Assembly: GCF_963921235.1 (NCBI RefSeq)
Contig: NC_086115.1
Coordinates: 61,196,001-61,260,000, forward strand
Direction: 5' to 3'
Length of the DNA: 64,000 nucleotides
DNA from: Mobula hypostoma
Taxonomy: Eukaryota
Part shown: positions 26,696 to 39,883 of the stretch, piece after piece
Position numbering within the stretch: the first letter of the stretch is position 1
Layout: each line of letters starts with the position of its first letter
Notes under the pieces: generated by a model
What the model saw: the letters and a program-made list of their open reading frames with translations, nothing else
The model's database searches: none
Told to the model about the DNA's origin: nothing
Program-made: the position numbers and the translations under genes

Positions 26696-27854
26696 GGATC
26701 GTCAGGGGTTGCTGTGCAGCATGGCTCCAAGGGCCGGAAGGGCCTATTTTGCACTCTATCTCTAAATAATTTTAAAAATTTGTAAGTGTTATAGTTAAAC
26801 TCTGTACTTCCAGTACTCCGGTGGAAAATTTCATGACATATCATAAAACACATTTGGAATGTTTAAAATTATTTATTTTGCCAGGAATTGCATTGTGCAC
26901 TTTCAGTAGTGAGCCAATCCTTATATTGAAACAGCTTTGAATATACCATCAATTATCGAAATTCAAATTAATGGCAATGATTCAAACTGCTTTGTAACTG
27001 AACTGTAACCTGCAGTGTAATGAACCAAAGAATAAAACATAAAAGTGGGAATCTTTGTCTGAAATCTACAAATTCCATTATGATGTTGTGTTGGGCAATG
27101 TCAATTAAACTTTGCTCTGCACTTGAACTATACCTATATAGGTTGTCTTTTCATGAGACAGAAGTCTGCTAAATAAATGCAGTTATATTTTGATCAAGAG
27201 TTTTTAGACTTAATTTGTCCAGGAACATAGGGTCTTTGCCCCTGCTAAATTAAATTTTACTTGTCCTTTAATCCCACATCAACTTTTCATGAATTTGGAC
27301 ACATTTTTAGTGATATTTGAAATTACAAAACAAATAATTTATCAAATGTTCACCAGGCTATGAATATTTATAAAAATATGTCTGATTCTGTATGTTAACC
27401 AAATTTTGCCTCCACAGCTAGCTTGATTTTTAGGTTTTTGCATTTTGACTCTGTCCAAAAATTCAGGTTATTTATAGATCTAAGGTAAATGCTGCTTTCA
27501 GTCAGCATTTGTGATCATTGAAGGTGACAGCATGGAGTGGTTTTCAATGACTGGCAGATCAACAACCTTCATATCTCTGAAATATTATCTTTCATTTAAG
27601 CCTCCGTTATTTGTTCAGGGAACCTGCTGATACATAATTTCAACTGTGGTGTTGTAACAACAGAATTACCTTTTTGGCTGCATGCTCTTTAAGAGATTTG
27701 CAGACCTAACAGCTGAAATGTTGGAATTTTTCACAAATTAAACTCTACCTTAATTGAACCCTACTTCATTTAGTTTATTTTTAATCTGCCTTAATTGTGA
27801 TGGTTTGTTGTCCACGCCTTGAAGAAAACGATGTAAGTCCTAAACAGGGGACTT

Positions 27855-28007
27855 CCTCCTTCCCCTCCTCACTCCTTTTTATTCTGTTGTCTACCCCTTC
27901 TCAATTCACAAGAAGGGAAGAAGGGCCCAAAGAATAACTGTTTATCTATTTCCATAGATGCTGTCTGACCTGCTGAGTTCCTCCAGCATTTTATGTGTGT
28001 TGCCTGG
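27855..28007 (+). mobile_element. Old Penelope-like 3' terminal remnant
   Basis: ccatagatgctgtctgacctgctgagttcctccagcattttatgtgtgttgc. Confidence 0.65.
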
Positions 28008-28866
28008 ATGGAAGTCCTATCCAGAGTTTTGATTTATGCAATTTCATGGATAATTGAGATTACCTTTTTCAGATCATCCTTTTAATTTTTGTACATTTTC
28101 TGTACATTTTACAGGCAGTTTAGATTAAGTTGTTTTTCAACTACCAGGACCTAACAAAAAGGAGAGCAAGGCTGATTCTACTGATATGAATGTTATAAGC
28201 AAAGCATTATAAAAATATTCAGTATAGCTACTTTGCATAACTTAAATGAAATTTATTTGTTGATTATATTTTGGTTTTTACCTTATGTCATTTTGACTCT
28301 GAGGTGAACTTGTGCAAATTGCTGTACTTAATCTCTTCATTTAGTTCGACAGCTCCGTGCAGTGTTGAAGGAGTACTATGTTGTGAAATACGTCACCTTT
28401 CAGAAGGAATGATAGAGCATGGGCTATTGCTAACAGTTGAACCCCACAAGTATCTTCTTCATGACTTACAACCCATGCCAGTCATTACCTCTCCCATAGA
28501 AAAGTCCTTGGTTTACTGGGGATGGAGATTTTTATGAAGGTGGACCAAAAACAGATGTTTTCCCTAATAGTTCTGTGTAATAGGTAGAATGGTGCCTCTG
28601 CTTTTGCTAAGGTGACAGTAGGTTATGGAGAAAGTAGTGTGGCCAACTGAGGGAGAGTACCAGAACCAGAGGGGATAACTTCACTCACCCCGTTACTGAA
28701 CTCTTCCCATGATCTATGGAATCACTTTCAAGGACTCTTCATCTCACGTTCTTGATATTTATTGCTTATGTATTTATTTATTGTTATTTATTTTTTCTCT
28801 TTTTTTGTATTTGCGATTTGTTGTCTTTTTGCCCATTGGCATTTTGCATCCAGTTGGGTGCAGTCT

Positions 28867-29730
28867 TTCAAAGTTTCAAAGTTTTAAAGTATGTGTACAG
28901 TAAAGTATGTATACTCTGAGATTTGTCCTCCTCAGGCAGCCACGAAACAAACATCATGAAACCCATCTAAAAAAAATGAAACACCCAACGCGCGAAAAAT
29001 AAACAAATCATGCAAACTACAAAAAGTAAGCAAATAACACACAGGATATTAAACGTCAAACCAGAAAGTTCCCAAAACGGTCCAAGAGTGGCAGTCACCA
29101 AGTCTGTCGAGTTTACTGCTGTGTCAGTGACTGCAGGCCTCAACCACAAAGTCATTTCCACGCTGAAGCTCCTCAAACAAATCATGCATATTGAAAAAGA
29201 GAGTAACCTGAAGCATAAAGACTGTGAACCACAGAGTCCTCCAAAATGAGTCCACAACCATGAGGTTTGTTCGGCACTGAGAAAACTAAACATCAAACCA
29301 CAAAGTCCCCTGAAAAAGAGTCCCACAGTCACAAGCCAAAACCTGAACCTTCCTCCGGCAGCAAGGAGAGGGAACCCAGTCAAATGCAGGCAGAAGACCT
29401 ACTGCTCTCGTCTTCATCGATTTCAATCATTGCTTGACGCTTTAATTGGGAAGGTGTAATGGAGCCAACCATGGGTCTACACTATACCATCAAGAAACGA
29501 CAGCTACACCCTCCACTCTCAACCTCGCCAAATTCCCCAGGAGAAAACAAAAGTACTCGGCTCAAAAATACATCAAAAAAATTGAATTATAGGCCACAAT
29601 CAATTGCAGTTCAGGAGAAGAAGCATATTTAAAAGAAGAAGTAGAAGTAGTTTGTCTACTACTACAAGTAGTTTAGTAGCTGTCTGCAGGATGTCACCGT
29701 TGGTTGTGTTGGTTGCTGGCACTGTCTTGC
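28867..29730 (-). mobile_element. Unclassified non-autonomous retroelement
   Basis: Interrupts the Rex 3'UTR; short (TTTGAAAC)-like tail at the left end; internal repeats of cacagagtcc/cacaaagtcc; no recognisable protein. Confidence 0.45.
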
Positions 29731-30965
29731 ATTCATTGGTTCTACGTTATTTACTGTGACTGCCCATAAGAAAATGTATTTCAGGATTTTATACTGCGAC
29801 ATAAAAGCACCTATAAAAAGTAGTCACCAATCCTTGGAAGTTTTCATGTTTTAATGTTTTGCAGCATTGAAACACAGTGGATTTAATTTGGCTTTTATTG
29901 ACACTGATCAACCGAAAAAGATTCTTTCATGTCAAAGTGAAAACAGATCTCTACAAAGTGATCTAAATTAAGTACAAATATAAAGCATAAAATAATTGAT
30001 TGCATAAGTATCCACCCCATTCAAGTCAGCCAATTACAGCAATTGCAGCCAGTGTAGATAGGTCTCTATCAGCTTTACAAAATCTTCTTTACAAAATTGC
30101 TCAAGCTCTGTCAGGTTGCATGGAGATTGTGAGTGAACAGCCCTTTTCAAGTCCAGCCACAAATTTTCAATTGGATTGAAGTCTGGACCCTGACTTGGCC
30201 ACTCCAGGATATTAACTTTGGTGTTCTAAAGCCATTCCTCTGTGGTGTTGGTTTTATGTTTGAGGTCATTGTCTTGCTGGAAAACAAATTTTCACCCAAG
30301 TTGCAGTTCTCTTGCAGACCACATCAGGTTTTCCTCCAGGATTTCCCTGTATTTTGCTGCATTCATTTTACCCTCTACCTTCACAAGCCTTCCAGGGCCT
30401 GCTGCAGCGAAGCATCCCCACAGCATGATGCAGCATGCTTCACGGTAGGAATGGTGTGTTTTTAATGATGTGCTGTGTTTGGCTTATGCCATTCATAGAG
30501 TTTAGTCTGATGTCCAAAAAGCTCAATTTTGATTTCATCAGACCATAGAACCTTCTTCCAGCTGCCTTCAGAGTCTCTCATATGCCTTCTGGCAAACTCC
30601 AGCCAAGATTTCATGTGAGGTTTTTTCAACAGTGGCTTTCTCTTTGTCACTCTTCCATAGAGCTGTGACAGGTGAAGCACCCAGGCAACAGTTATTGTAG
30701 GCATAGTCTCTCCAACCTCAGCCACTGAAGCCTATAACTCTTCCAGAGTTGTCATAGGTCTCTTCATAGCCTTCCTCACTAATCCCCTTCTTGCATAGTC
30801 ACTCAGTTTTTGAGGAATGCCTGCTCTAGACAGATTTATAGCTGAGCCATATTCTTTCCATTTCTTGCTGATTGACTTAACTGACTTGGAAATTTTCTTG
30901 TATCCATCTCCTGATCTGTGCTTTTCAATAACCTTCCGCGGAGTTGCTTGGAGTGTTCTTTTGAT

Positions 30966-32577
30966 CAGGGGTCCCCAACCTTTTTTGCACCGCTGACCAG
31001 TTTAGTATTGACAATATTCTTGCAGACCAGCCAGCGGGTGGGAGGGGTGTTAATCACGACCGGAATATAGGTGATAAATCAACTTTAAGTCACTTGTAAG
31101 TGGCTAATACACTCAATTTCGTTTCTAAAAGGGTTTATCTAACAAATTTAATATTAAACACACAGCGCATATTTTCCTTGCATGAATATAGTGATAAGTC
31201 AATTATAAGGCACTTATAAGTCAATAGCATCATAACATTTTAAGTAACATTTGGATATTAAACACACAGCGCATATTTTCCTCGTATGAACATATAAAAT
31301 CATTGCAACAGACCAATATTGCTGAATCAGTGGGAGCCCTGGGCTTGTTTCCCTGCAACAAGATGGTCCCATCGAGAGGTGATGAGAGACAGTGATACTC
31401 GAAGGGAGTTCCTTATGTCCAGTCTATTCCGCAATTTAGTTTTCGTTGCATTCATTGCAGAAAACCCCGTGTCGCAGAGATATAATGTTGGAAATGGAAG
31501 TAACGTTTTCAGTGCTTTCGTGGTTATCTCAGGATACTCAGACTTGACTTTGATCCAGAATGCTGGCAGAGATGTTATGTCAAACATACTTTTCAGCCCA
31601 TCGTCATTTGCAAGCTCGAGGAGTTGATCATCTTCCCGCGCTGACATGAATGATTCACTGGGGACATTTTCAAATGGGTCATAGACCCATTCCTTTGCAC
31701 GTCTTGGGTCATTTGCGGTCGGGTAGTAACACTTAAATTCTGTCGACAGCGAAGCTAGGTGATTGCGCACCAGCTGTGAGAAGGACGGTGCAGCCTCAGT
31801 CTCTCCCAAAATCCCAGCTAATGTTGGGAACATGTCAAATATGCCCCAGTCCACTCGCCGTCCCCACAGTTCCAGTTTGGCTTTGAAAGCAGACACTTTT
31901 CTGCCAACTTGAAGACAGCTGTCATTCTCCCCTGAAGTGACAAATTGAGTTCATTGAGCAGGTTGAAGATGTCACACAGATAAGCCAGTTTTGCTATCCA
32001 CTCCTCGTCACTGAAGTGTGCTGCCAGTGGTGACTTTTCTCCTGAGGTGGTGGCTCTCAGCACTTGCTTCTGTCCCGCTTGCTCACGTATTTTCCGCTCA
32101 AAAAACTCAACGGGTTTGTCTTTAAGTGCAGGCTGCTGGACTCAAGGTGCCGAAGCAGATTTGAGGGCTTCATTGCCTCATTAGACAGTTTGTCTCCACA
32201 TATCACACAGCGGGGGCTTGGAGCGTGCAAGTCACCGGTCGCAATAAAGCCATATTTTATGTACGACTCGTCGTATTTTCTTTTGAAGGAAGCTTTCCTT
32301 TTTTTTTGCAGTCTCGGCCTCAGCTGTCTCTGCATTATTATCATCATTAGGCCTTTTATATCCCCTACCACCTCTTCCAAAGAAACTCTCAAGCATCGAG
32401 TAGTTGTAGGTTAATGACCGACTGATGACCTCGCGTGGGTAATGACCTCGTGTGCGTTCAAGTTGAACAGTGGGCATGACAGGGAATGAGGAAAAGTGCA
32501 GCTGACTCATATCATTTCATATCGCCAAATCAGATCGTTTCCTTGCAGCCCGGTAGCACATGCATTGCGGCCCGGTA
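30966..32577 (-). mobile_element. hAT (Buster/Charlie) transposon, internally deleted, one TIR lost
   Basis: TIR caggggtccccaacc; BED-finger N-terminus (KRKYDESYIKYGF..CVICGDKLSNEAMKPSNLLRHL) fused to the C-terminal region (LAYLCDIFNLLNELNLSLQG...PFPTLYLCDTGFSAM..KTKLRNRL). Confidence 0.9.
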
Positions 32578-32742
32578 ATGCATGGTGTAGTTTTTGCTAG
32601 GATACTGACTCACCAGCAGTTGGACCTTCCAGATACAGGTGTATTTTTATTACAATCAATTAAAACTCCTTGACTGCACACAGATCTCCATTTAACTAAT
32701 TATGTGACTTCTAAAACCATTTGGCTGCACCAGTGATCATTT

Positions 32743-33153
32743 TAGATTATGAGAACACTCAGTCCTCTTTTATTGTCATTTAGAAATGCATGCATGCATT
32801 AAGAAATGATACAATGTTTCTCCGGAGTGATATCACAGAAAACAGGACAAACTAAAGACTAACACTGACAGAACCACATAATTATAACATATAGTTACAA
32901 CAGTGCAAAGCAATACCATAATTTGATGAAGAACAAACCATGGGTATGGTAAATAAGGTCTTAAAAGTCCCTGAGTCGATCGACTCCGGAGTCCCTGATA
33001 GCAGGCAGCAAAAGGGAGAAACTCCCTGCCTTAAACCTCTAGGCACCGTTGACTTGCCGATGCCTTGGAAGCAGCCGACCACAGCCGACACTTGAGTCCA
33101 TCCGTCCGAAAACTTTGAGCTTCCGACCAGCCTCTCTGATACAGCCTCCCGAG
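32743..33153 (-). mobile_element. Unclassified retroelement 3' fragment inserted in Tc1
   Basis: Absent from the other Tc1 copy (14580-14605); contains a reverse aataaa signal near its left end. Confidence 0.55.
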
Positions 33154-34818
33154 TATTTGGTGTGTCATATTAATGGGAGAGCTGAATACTTACGCAATCA
33201 ATTATTTTGTGTTTTATATTTGTAATTAATTTAGATCACTTTGTAGAGATCTGATTTCACTGACACAAAATAGTCTTTTTCTGTTGATTAGTGTCAAAAA
33301 AGCCAAAGTAAATCCACTGTGATTCAATGCTGTAAAACAATAAAATATGAAAACTTACAAGAGGAGTGAATACTTTTTATAGACATTTGTACTTTGATAA
33401 TAAATTTACTTTGGACTTTAAGCATAATTTCCCAAACAGTATAAAATTCATCAGTTGAAATCGGCCATATGAGAGATAATCAGTTCAGTAGTGATCATTA
33501 CAAGAATTAAGTCTAAAGGTGATCTTGTTTGTTGTGTACATTGGCACAATCATATCAAGCCTTGTTCGTGTGTGTCAGTTAACATTTGAAAAGTGATTGT
33601 CCAGTGCCAACAAGTGATTGTCCCATGCCAACTGTAAATCGCTTTTTGACTTTTGTGCAGCAAATTTTAATTTTGATCGTAACTGAGATAGAAAAAAAAC
33701 TTCTTTTAATGTAGGCAGATTTGTTTCATTCATTTGAATGAGTATCAATAAAATTTTAAATTTTCTGTTTACTTTCCACTGAAAAGTCATCAAAAATTCC
33801 TGGAGCTTAAGTGTAGCTGTGATTTGGACATTGCAGAAGCAGTTTAGTTCAGTTAGCCTTCTCTTTTAATGTTTATATTTGGAAATATTCCCAGCTCTGG
33901 ATATGTAAATTGAGAAAGTAATTTAATATTTCACAAATTTCAAAAATTAGCATTGCTTTGCCTTTGGGATTCAGGTACAAAACTGCAACATCGGACAGCA
34001 TGTTGCACCACATATGGTGTAAAAATTTCTGTAATGTTGTGCTGTATCAAATTGCTTGTCCCAGTTCTAAGTTATATGGAATAGTTACAAATGTCTACCT
34101 TTGCAGATTTTACTGTATGGTCAAATGAACGAGTATTGTAAGAGAGATTGAGGACATTCAAAGGACCTGGCCCAAATAAATAGGAATGATATCAGATCAG
34201 ATGTTACTGTTATGCAAGTATGAAATAATGCAAAGTGGAATGTGAGAGAGGCTGCAAAGTGACTCAGGAGCTAGTACTGCTGGCTGGTGGCTCCAGTAAC
34301 CCAGGTTCAACCCTGACAGCGAGAACTGCCTGTGTGGTTTGTGTGTTCTGCTTTGACCTCGTGGGTTTCCAGAGAGTGCAGTAAATTTCTCCTAGTAGTA
34401 TAAAGATGGTGCAGAGAATAAATTGCAGGGCTACAGGGAGGGAGGAATGGGAATGTCGTGATTGTTCTGTTCAAAGCTGCCATGAGTCAATTGTTGTCAC
34501 TAACTTAAAACTGACACTAATCCGTTCAGCTACATTTTCATTGTAACAGGTGCAAATAATTGTTGAATATACAATTTTCCTTTTAAAATTGTTCCAAAAA
34601 GGATATTGGTTCATTGGAAAGCAATTACAGGCAAAAGCACTGATGACCCATGGTTTTCGCCTTTAGGTGTGTGGAAATAATCATGTTCAATGTCATCTGA
34701 CTGTACGTGTATATGTGTACGTGTGTGTGTATATATATCTATATATATACACACACACGTACACACCAAACCAAATGAAACAGCGATCCTCCAGACCATA
34801 GTACACCCACTAAACATA

Positions 34819-35296
34819 CGAGAGGTGATTAATAAGTTCATGACGGAAGGTAGAAGGAGTCAATTTTAGAAAACCTAACACATTTATTTTTCAACATTGT
34901 TCCCTCCTACATTTACGCACTTAGTCCAGCGGTCGTGGAGCATACAGATCTTGGACCTCCAGAAAGTGGTCAATAGCATGGGTAATTGATAAGTTCATAG
35001 CCTAAGATAGAAGCAGATAAGTTATACAGTTCTCGTTACATGCACATGCAGTTCAACTCTTTGAGTGATTATGCAGAAAGTGTGAAGTTAATAACTCATC
35101 TCCTTCTACCGTAGGCCACAAACTTATCAATCACCCCTGCTGTGGACACTTTCTGGAGGTCCAAGATCCGTATGCTCCACGACCGCTGGACTAAGTGTGT
35201 AAATGTAGGAGGGGACTATGTTGAAAAATAAATGTGCTAGGTTTTCTAAAATTGACTCCTTCTACCTTAGGCTACAAACTTATCAATCACCCCTCA
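34819..35296. mobile_element. Palindromic mariner-derived MITE (TA TSD)
   Basis: TA|cgagaggtgattaataagtt ... aacttatcaatcacccctca|TA; about 205-bp inverted arms encoding the mariner C-terminus RWTKCVNVGGDYVEK*. Confidence 0.9.
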
Positions 35297-35699
35297 TATA
35301 TCTCACAGCACATAAACCAAAATATTACCATAAACAAGTAGCACAAGTAAACAGTAAACAGCTCACTGTCCTAGTGAAGAGACCCTGCTGGTGGCAGGCT
35401 ATTCAGTAGTCTCACAGCCAGAGGGAAGAAGTCGTTAACCATTCTGGCAGTCCTAGTCCTGATGTTCCAATACCTCCTGAAGATACAAAGTCAAAGAGAC
35501 TGTTCAATGGGTGGTAGCGATCCGCAACAATGCTTCAGTTTTTATCAACACTCCCAGAACATCTTTGGATGTCCTTGATCTCCTGAGGTAACTTGTATCC
35601 CACTTCAGATATTCACAAATCTCAGTGATGTATTCTGTTTACATAATGTAATAATAAATGTACTTTGAATCTTTGAAACTTGATGTCGTTGAGATGAAG

Positions 35700-38600
35700 T
35701 GCCTTGACTGAGGCACAACTGTGCAAGCGTGTGGACGTCAGCGAGTTAGACTGGCAGGAAGGATTTAAAAGGAGAGAGTTTTTTCTTCAGCGGTTTGATC
35801 GAGGCATGACTGCGCAAGCACAGGTTATTACCAGTGGGAAGGATGTAAAAAGAAGACAGCTTTGTAGAGCAGCTGTGAGTAGAGGGAGTCAGAGCAGGAG
35901 GGGTTTGGCTCAACGGGGCTTCGCCAATAACGGGTCAAGGCGAGGTAAGTTACTTACGGAGAATAGGAATAGGAAGTATGTCTGCCCGGCAAGTGTTCTG
36001 TAGTGGGTGTCAGATGTAGGATATCCAGGAGTCTCCCAGCCTCCCAGACGGCCACATCTGCCCCAGATGCGTCGAACTGCAGCTCCGTGGGGACCAGGTT
36101 GGGGAACTGGAGATGCAGCTCGATGACCTTCATCTGGTCAAGGAAGGTGAGGAGGTAATAGAGAGGAGCTATAGGCAGGTAGTGACTAAGGGGGAAACGG
36201 GAGACAGATAAGTGGGTAACAGTCAGGAGAGGGAAGGGCAAGAGTCAGAGGCTAGAGAGTACCCCTGTGGCTGTCCTTTTTAACAATAAGTACTCCCGTT
36301 TGAGTACTGTTGGGGGGATGGCCTACCTGGGGGAAGCAACAGTGGCTGCGCCTCTGGCACAGAGTCTGGCCTTGTGGCTCAGAAGGGTAGAGAAAGGAAG
36401 AGGATGGCAGCAGTGATAGGGGACTGTATAATTAGGGGGTCAGGATGCAGGAAAGAAACACAGATGGTAGTTTGCCTCCCAGGTGCCAGGGACCGGGATG
36501 TTTCTGATTACGTCTATGATATCCTGAAGTGGGAAGGTGAACAACGAGAGGTCATAGTACATATTGGTACCAATGACATAGGTAGGAAAAGGGAGGGGGC
36601 CCTGAAAACAAACTAGAGAGAGTTAGGAAAGAAGCTGAGAAGTAGGACCTCAAAGGTATTAATCTCGAGATTACAGCCTGTGCCACATGACAGCGAGAAT
36701 AGGAATAGAATGAGGTGGAGGATAATCCGTGGCTGAGGGATTGGAGCAGGGGGCGGGGATTCAGATTTCTGGATCATTGGGACCCCTTTTGGGACAGGTG
36801 TGACCTGTACTAAAAGGACAGGTTGCACTTGAATCCAAGGTGGACCAATATATTGGCAGGGAGGTTTGCTAAGGCAATTGGGGAGAGTTTAAACTAGAAT
36901 TGCTGGGGAGTGGGAACAGAACTGAAGAGACGGAAGAAGGGGCGGTTGGCTCACAAATAGAGACAGCTTGTAGACAGTGTGAGAGGGAGAATAGGCAGAT
37001 GATAGAGAACGGATGCGCTCAGACTGATGGTTTGAGATGTGTCTATTTTAATGCAAGGAGCATCATGAACAAAGTGGATGAGCTTAGAGCATGAATCAGG
37101 ACTTGGAGCTATGATGTTGTGGCCAGTAGAGAGACTTGGGCAGGAATGGCTACTTAGAACGCCAGGCTTTAGATGTTTCATAAAGGACAGGGAGGGACGC
37201 AAAAGAAGTGGGTGCGTGACACTGTTGATCAGAGATAGTGTCATGGCTGCAGAAAAGGAGCAAGTCATGGAGGGATTGTCTACTGAATCTCTGTGGGTGG
37301 AAATTAGAAACAGGATGGGGTCAATAACTCTACTGGGTGATTTTTATAGACCACCTAATAGTAACAGGGACATCAGGGAACAGATAGGGAGACAGATTCT
37401 GGAACGGTGCAGTAATAACAGGATTGTCGTGATGGGGAATTTTAATTTCTCCAATAGTGATTGGCATCTTCTAGAGTGAGCTGTTTAGATGGTGTGGAGT
37501 TTGTTAGGTGTGTACAGGAAGGTTTCCTGACATATTATGTAGATAAGCTGACAAGAGGAGAGGCTGTACTTGATCTGATATTGGGAAATGAACCTGGTCA
37601 GGTGTCAGGTCTCTCAGTAGGAGAGTATTTTGAAGATAGTGATCATAGTTCTATCTCCTTTACCATAGCATTGGAAAGGGATAAGAACAGACAAGTTAGG
37701 AAAGTGTTTAATTAGAGTAAGGGGAAATATGAAGCTATCAGGCAGGAACTTGGAAGCATAAATTGGGAACAGATGTTCTCAGGGAAATATACGGCAGAAA
37801 TGTGGCAATTGTTCAGGGTATATTTGCGTGGCGTTCTGCACAGGTACGTTCTAATGAGACGGAAAGGATGGTAGGGTACAGGAACTGTGGTGTACAAAGG
37901 CTGTTGAAAATCTAGTCAAGAAGAAAAGAAAAGCTTACGAAAAGTTAAAAAAAAACTAGATAATGATAGAGATCTGGAAAATTATAAGGCTAGTAGAAAG
38001 GAGCTTAAGAATGAAATAAGGAGAACCAGAAGGGGCCATGAGAAGGCCTTGGCAAGCAGAATTAAGGAAAACCCCAAGGCATTCTACAAGTATGTAAAGA
38101 GCAAGAGGATAAGATGTGAAAGAATAGGACCAATCAACTGTGACAGTGGAAAAGTGTGTATGGAACCTGAGAAGGTAGCAGAAGTATTTAGTGAATACTT
38201 TGCTTCAGTATTCACTACAGCAGCAGAACTTGGTGATTGTAGGGATGACTTACAGCTGACTGAAAAGCTAAAGCATATAGGCATTAAGAAAGAGGATGTG
38301 CTAGAGCTTTTGCAAAGCATCAAATTGGATAAATCATTGGGACCAGATGAGATATACCCCAGACTACTGTGAGAAGTAAGAGATGAGATTGCTGAGCCTC
38401 TGACAATGATTTTGGCATTATCAGTGGGGACAGGAGTGGTTCTGGAGGATTGGAGGGTTGCAGATGTTGTTCCCTTAATCAAAAAAAGGAGTAGAGATAG
38501 CCCAGGAAATTATAGGCCAGTGAGTCCTACTTCAGTGGTTGGTAAGTTGATGGAGAAGATCCTGAGAGGCAGGATTTATGAACATTTGGAGAGGCATAAT

Positions 38601-39883
38601 ATGATTAGGAATAGTCAGCATGGCTTTGTGAAAGGCAGGTCATGCCTTATGAGCCTGAATGAATTTTTTGAGGATGTGACTAAACACATTGATGAAGGTA
38701 GCTCAGTAGATGTAGTGTATATGATTTTTAGCAAGGCTTTTGATACAGTACCTCATACAAGGCTTACTGAGAAAGTAAGGAGGCATGGGATCTGAGGGGA
38801 TATTCCTTTGTGGATCCAGAACTGGCCTGTACATAGAAGGCAAAGAATAGCTGTAGACAGGTTATATTCTGCATGTAAGTTGGTGACCAGTAGTATGCCT
38901 CAGGGATCCGTTCTGGGACCCCTACTCTTCATGACTTTTCTAAATGACCTGGATGAGTAAGTGGAGGGATGGGTTAGTACTTTTACTGATGACACAAAGG
39001 TTGGGTGTGTTGTGGATAGTGTGGAGGGCTGTCAGAGGTTACAGCGGGACATTCAGAGGATGCAAAATTGGGCTGGGAAGTGGCAGATGGAGTTCAACCC
39101 AGATAAGTGTGAGGTGTTTCATTTTGGTAGGTCAAATATGATGGCAGAATATAGTGTTAATGGTAAGGCTCTTGACAGTGTGGAGGATCAAAGAGATCTT
39201 GGGGTCCGAGTCCATAGGACACTCAAAGCTGCTGCCCATGTTGACTGTGTCATTGAGAAGGCATACGGTGTATTGGCCTTCATCAACCATTGATTGAGTT
39301 CAAGAGCCGAGAAGTGATGTTACAGCTATATAGATCCCTGGTCAGACCGCACTTGGAGTATTGTGCTCAGATCTGGTCCCCACACTACAGGAAGGATGTT
39401 GGAACTATAGGGAGGGTGCAGAGGAGTTTTACAAGGATGTTGCCAAGGGGAGCATGCCTTATGAGAATAGGTTGAGTGAACTTGGCCTTTTCTCCTTGGA
39501 GCAACGGGAGGTGAGAGGTGACCTGATAGAGGTGTACAGGATGATGAGAGGCATTGATCATGTGGATAGTCAAAGGATTTTCCCAGAGCTGAAATGGCTA
39601 ACAAGAGTGGGTACAGTTTTAAGGTGCTTGGAAGTAGGTACAGGGGAGATGTCAGGGGTAAGTTTTTTACACAGTGAGTGGTGAGTGTGTGGAATGGGCT
39701 GCTAGTGATGGTAGTGGAGGTAGATACGATAGGGTCTTTTAAGAGGTTCCTGGATAGGTACATGGAGCTTAGAAAAATAGAGTGCTATGGGTAACCGGAG
39801 GTAGTTTCTAAAGTAAGAACATGTTCGGCATAGCATTGTGGGCTGAAGGGCCTGTATTGCGCTATAGGTTTTCTATGTTTCTA
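35700..39883 (+). mobile_element. Near-full-length CR1 subfamily B, decayed
   Basis: ORF1 (AVIGDCII, VHIGTNDIG); ORF2 (YFNARSIMNK, YRPPNS, YRPVSPTSVVGK, FTDDTK, LVRPHLEYC); tail tttctatgtttcta. Confidence 0.95.

Larger units (their letters stand above)
29803..33389 (-). mobile_element. Tc1 transposon with about 215-bp IR/DR-type termini, decayed, carrying two insertions
   Basis: IRs at about 29803-30020 and 33180-33389; ORF 30462-30725 (GRVTKRKPLLKK...WKKVLWSDEIKIELFG). Confidence 0.9.
28660..33420 (+). mobile_element. Rex-type LINE 3'UTR hosting a nested TE cluster (pieces 28660-28866, 29731-29802, 33390-33420)
   Basis: The pieces rejoin into the reverse complement of about 24955-25290, ending actttgataataaatttactttggacttt. 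Confidence 0.7.

Noticed and set aside
31327..32392. ZBED5/SCAND3-like host gene
   Set aside because: Frameshifted, internally deleted, bounded by a TIR and inserted in a Tc1.
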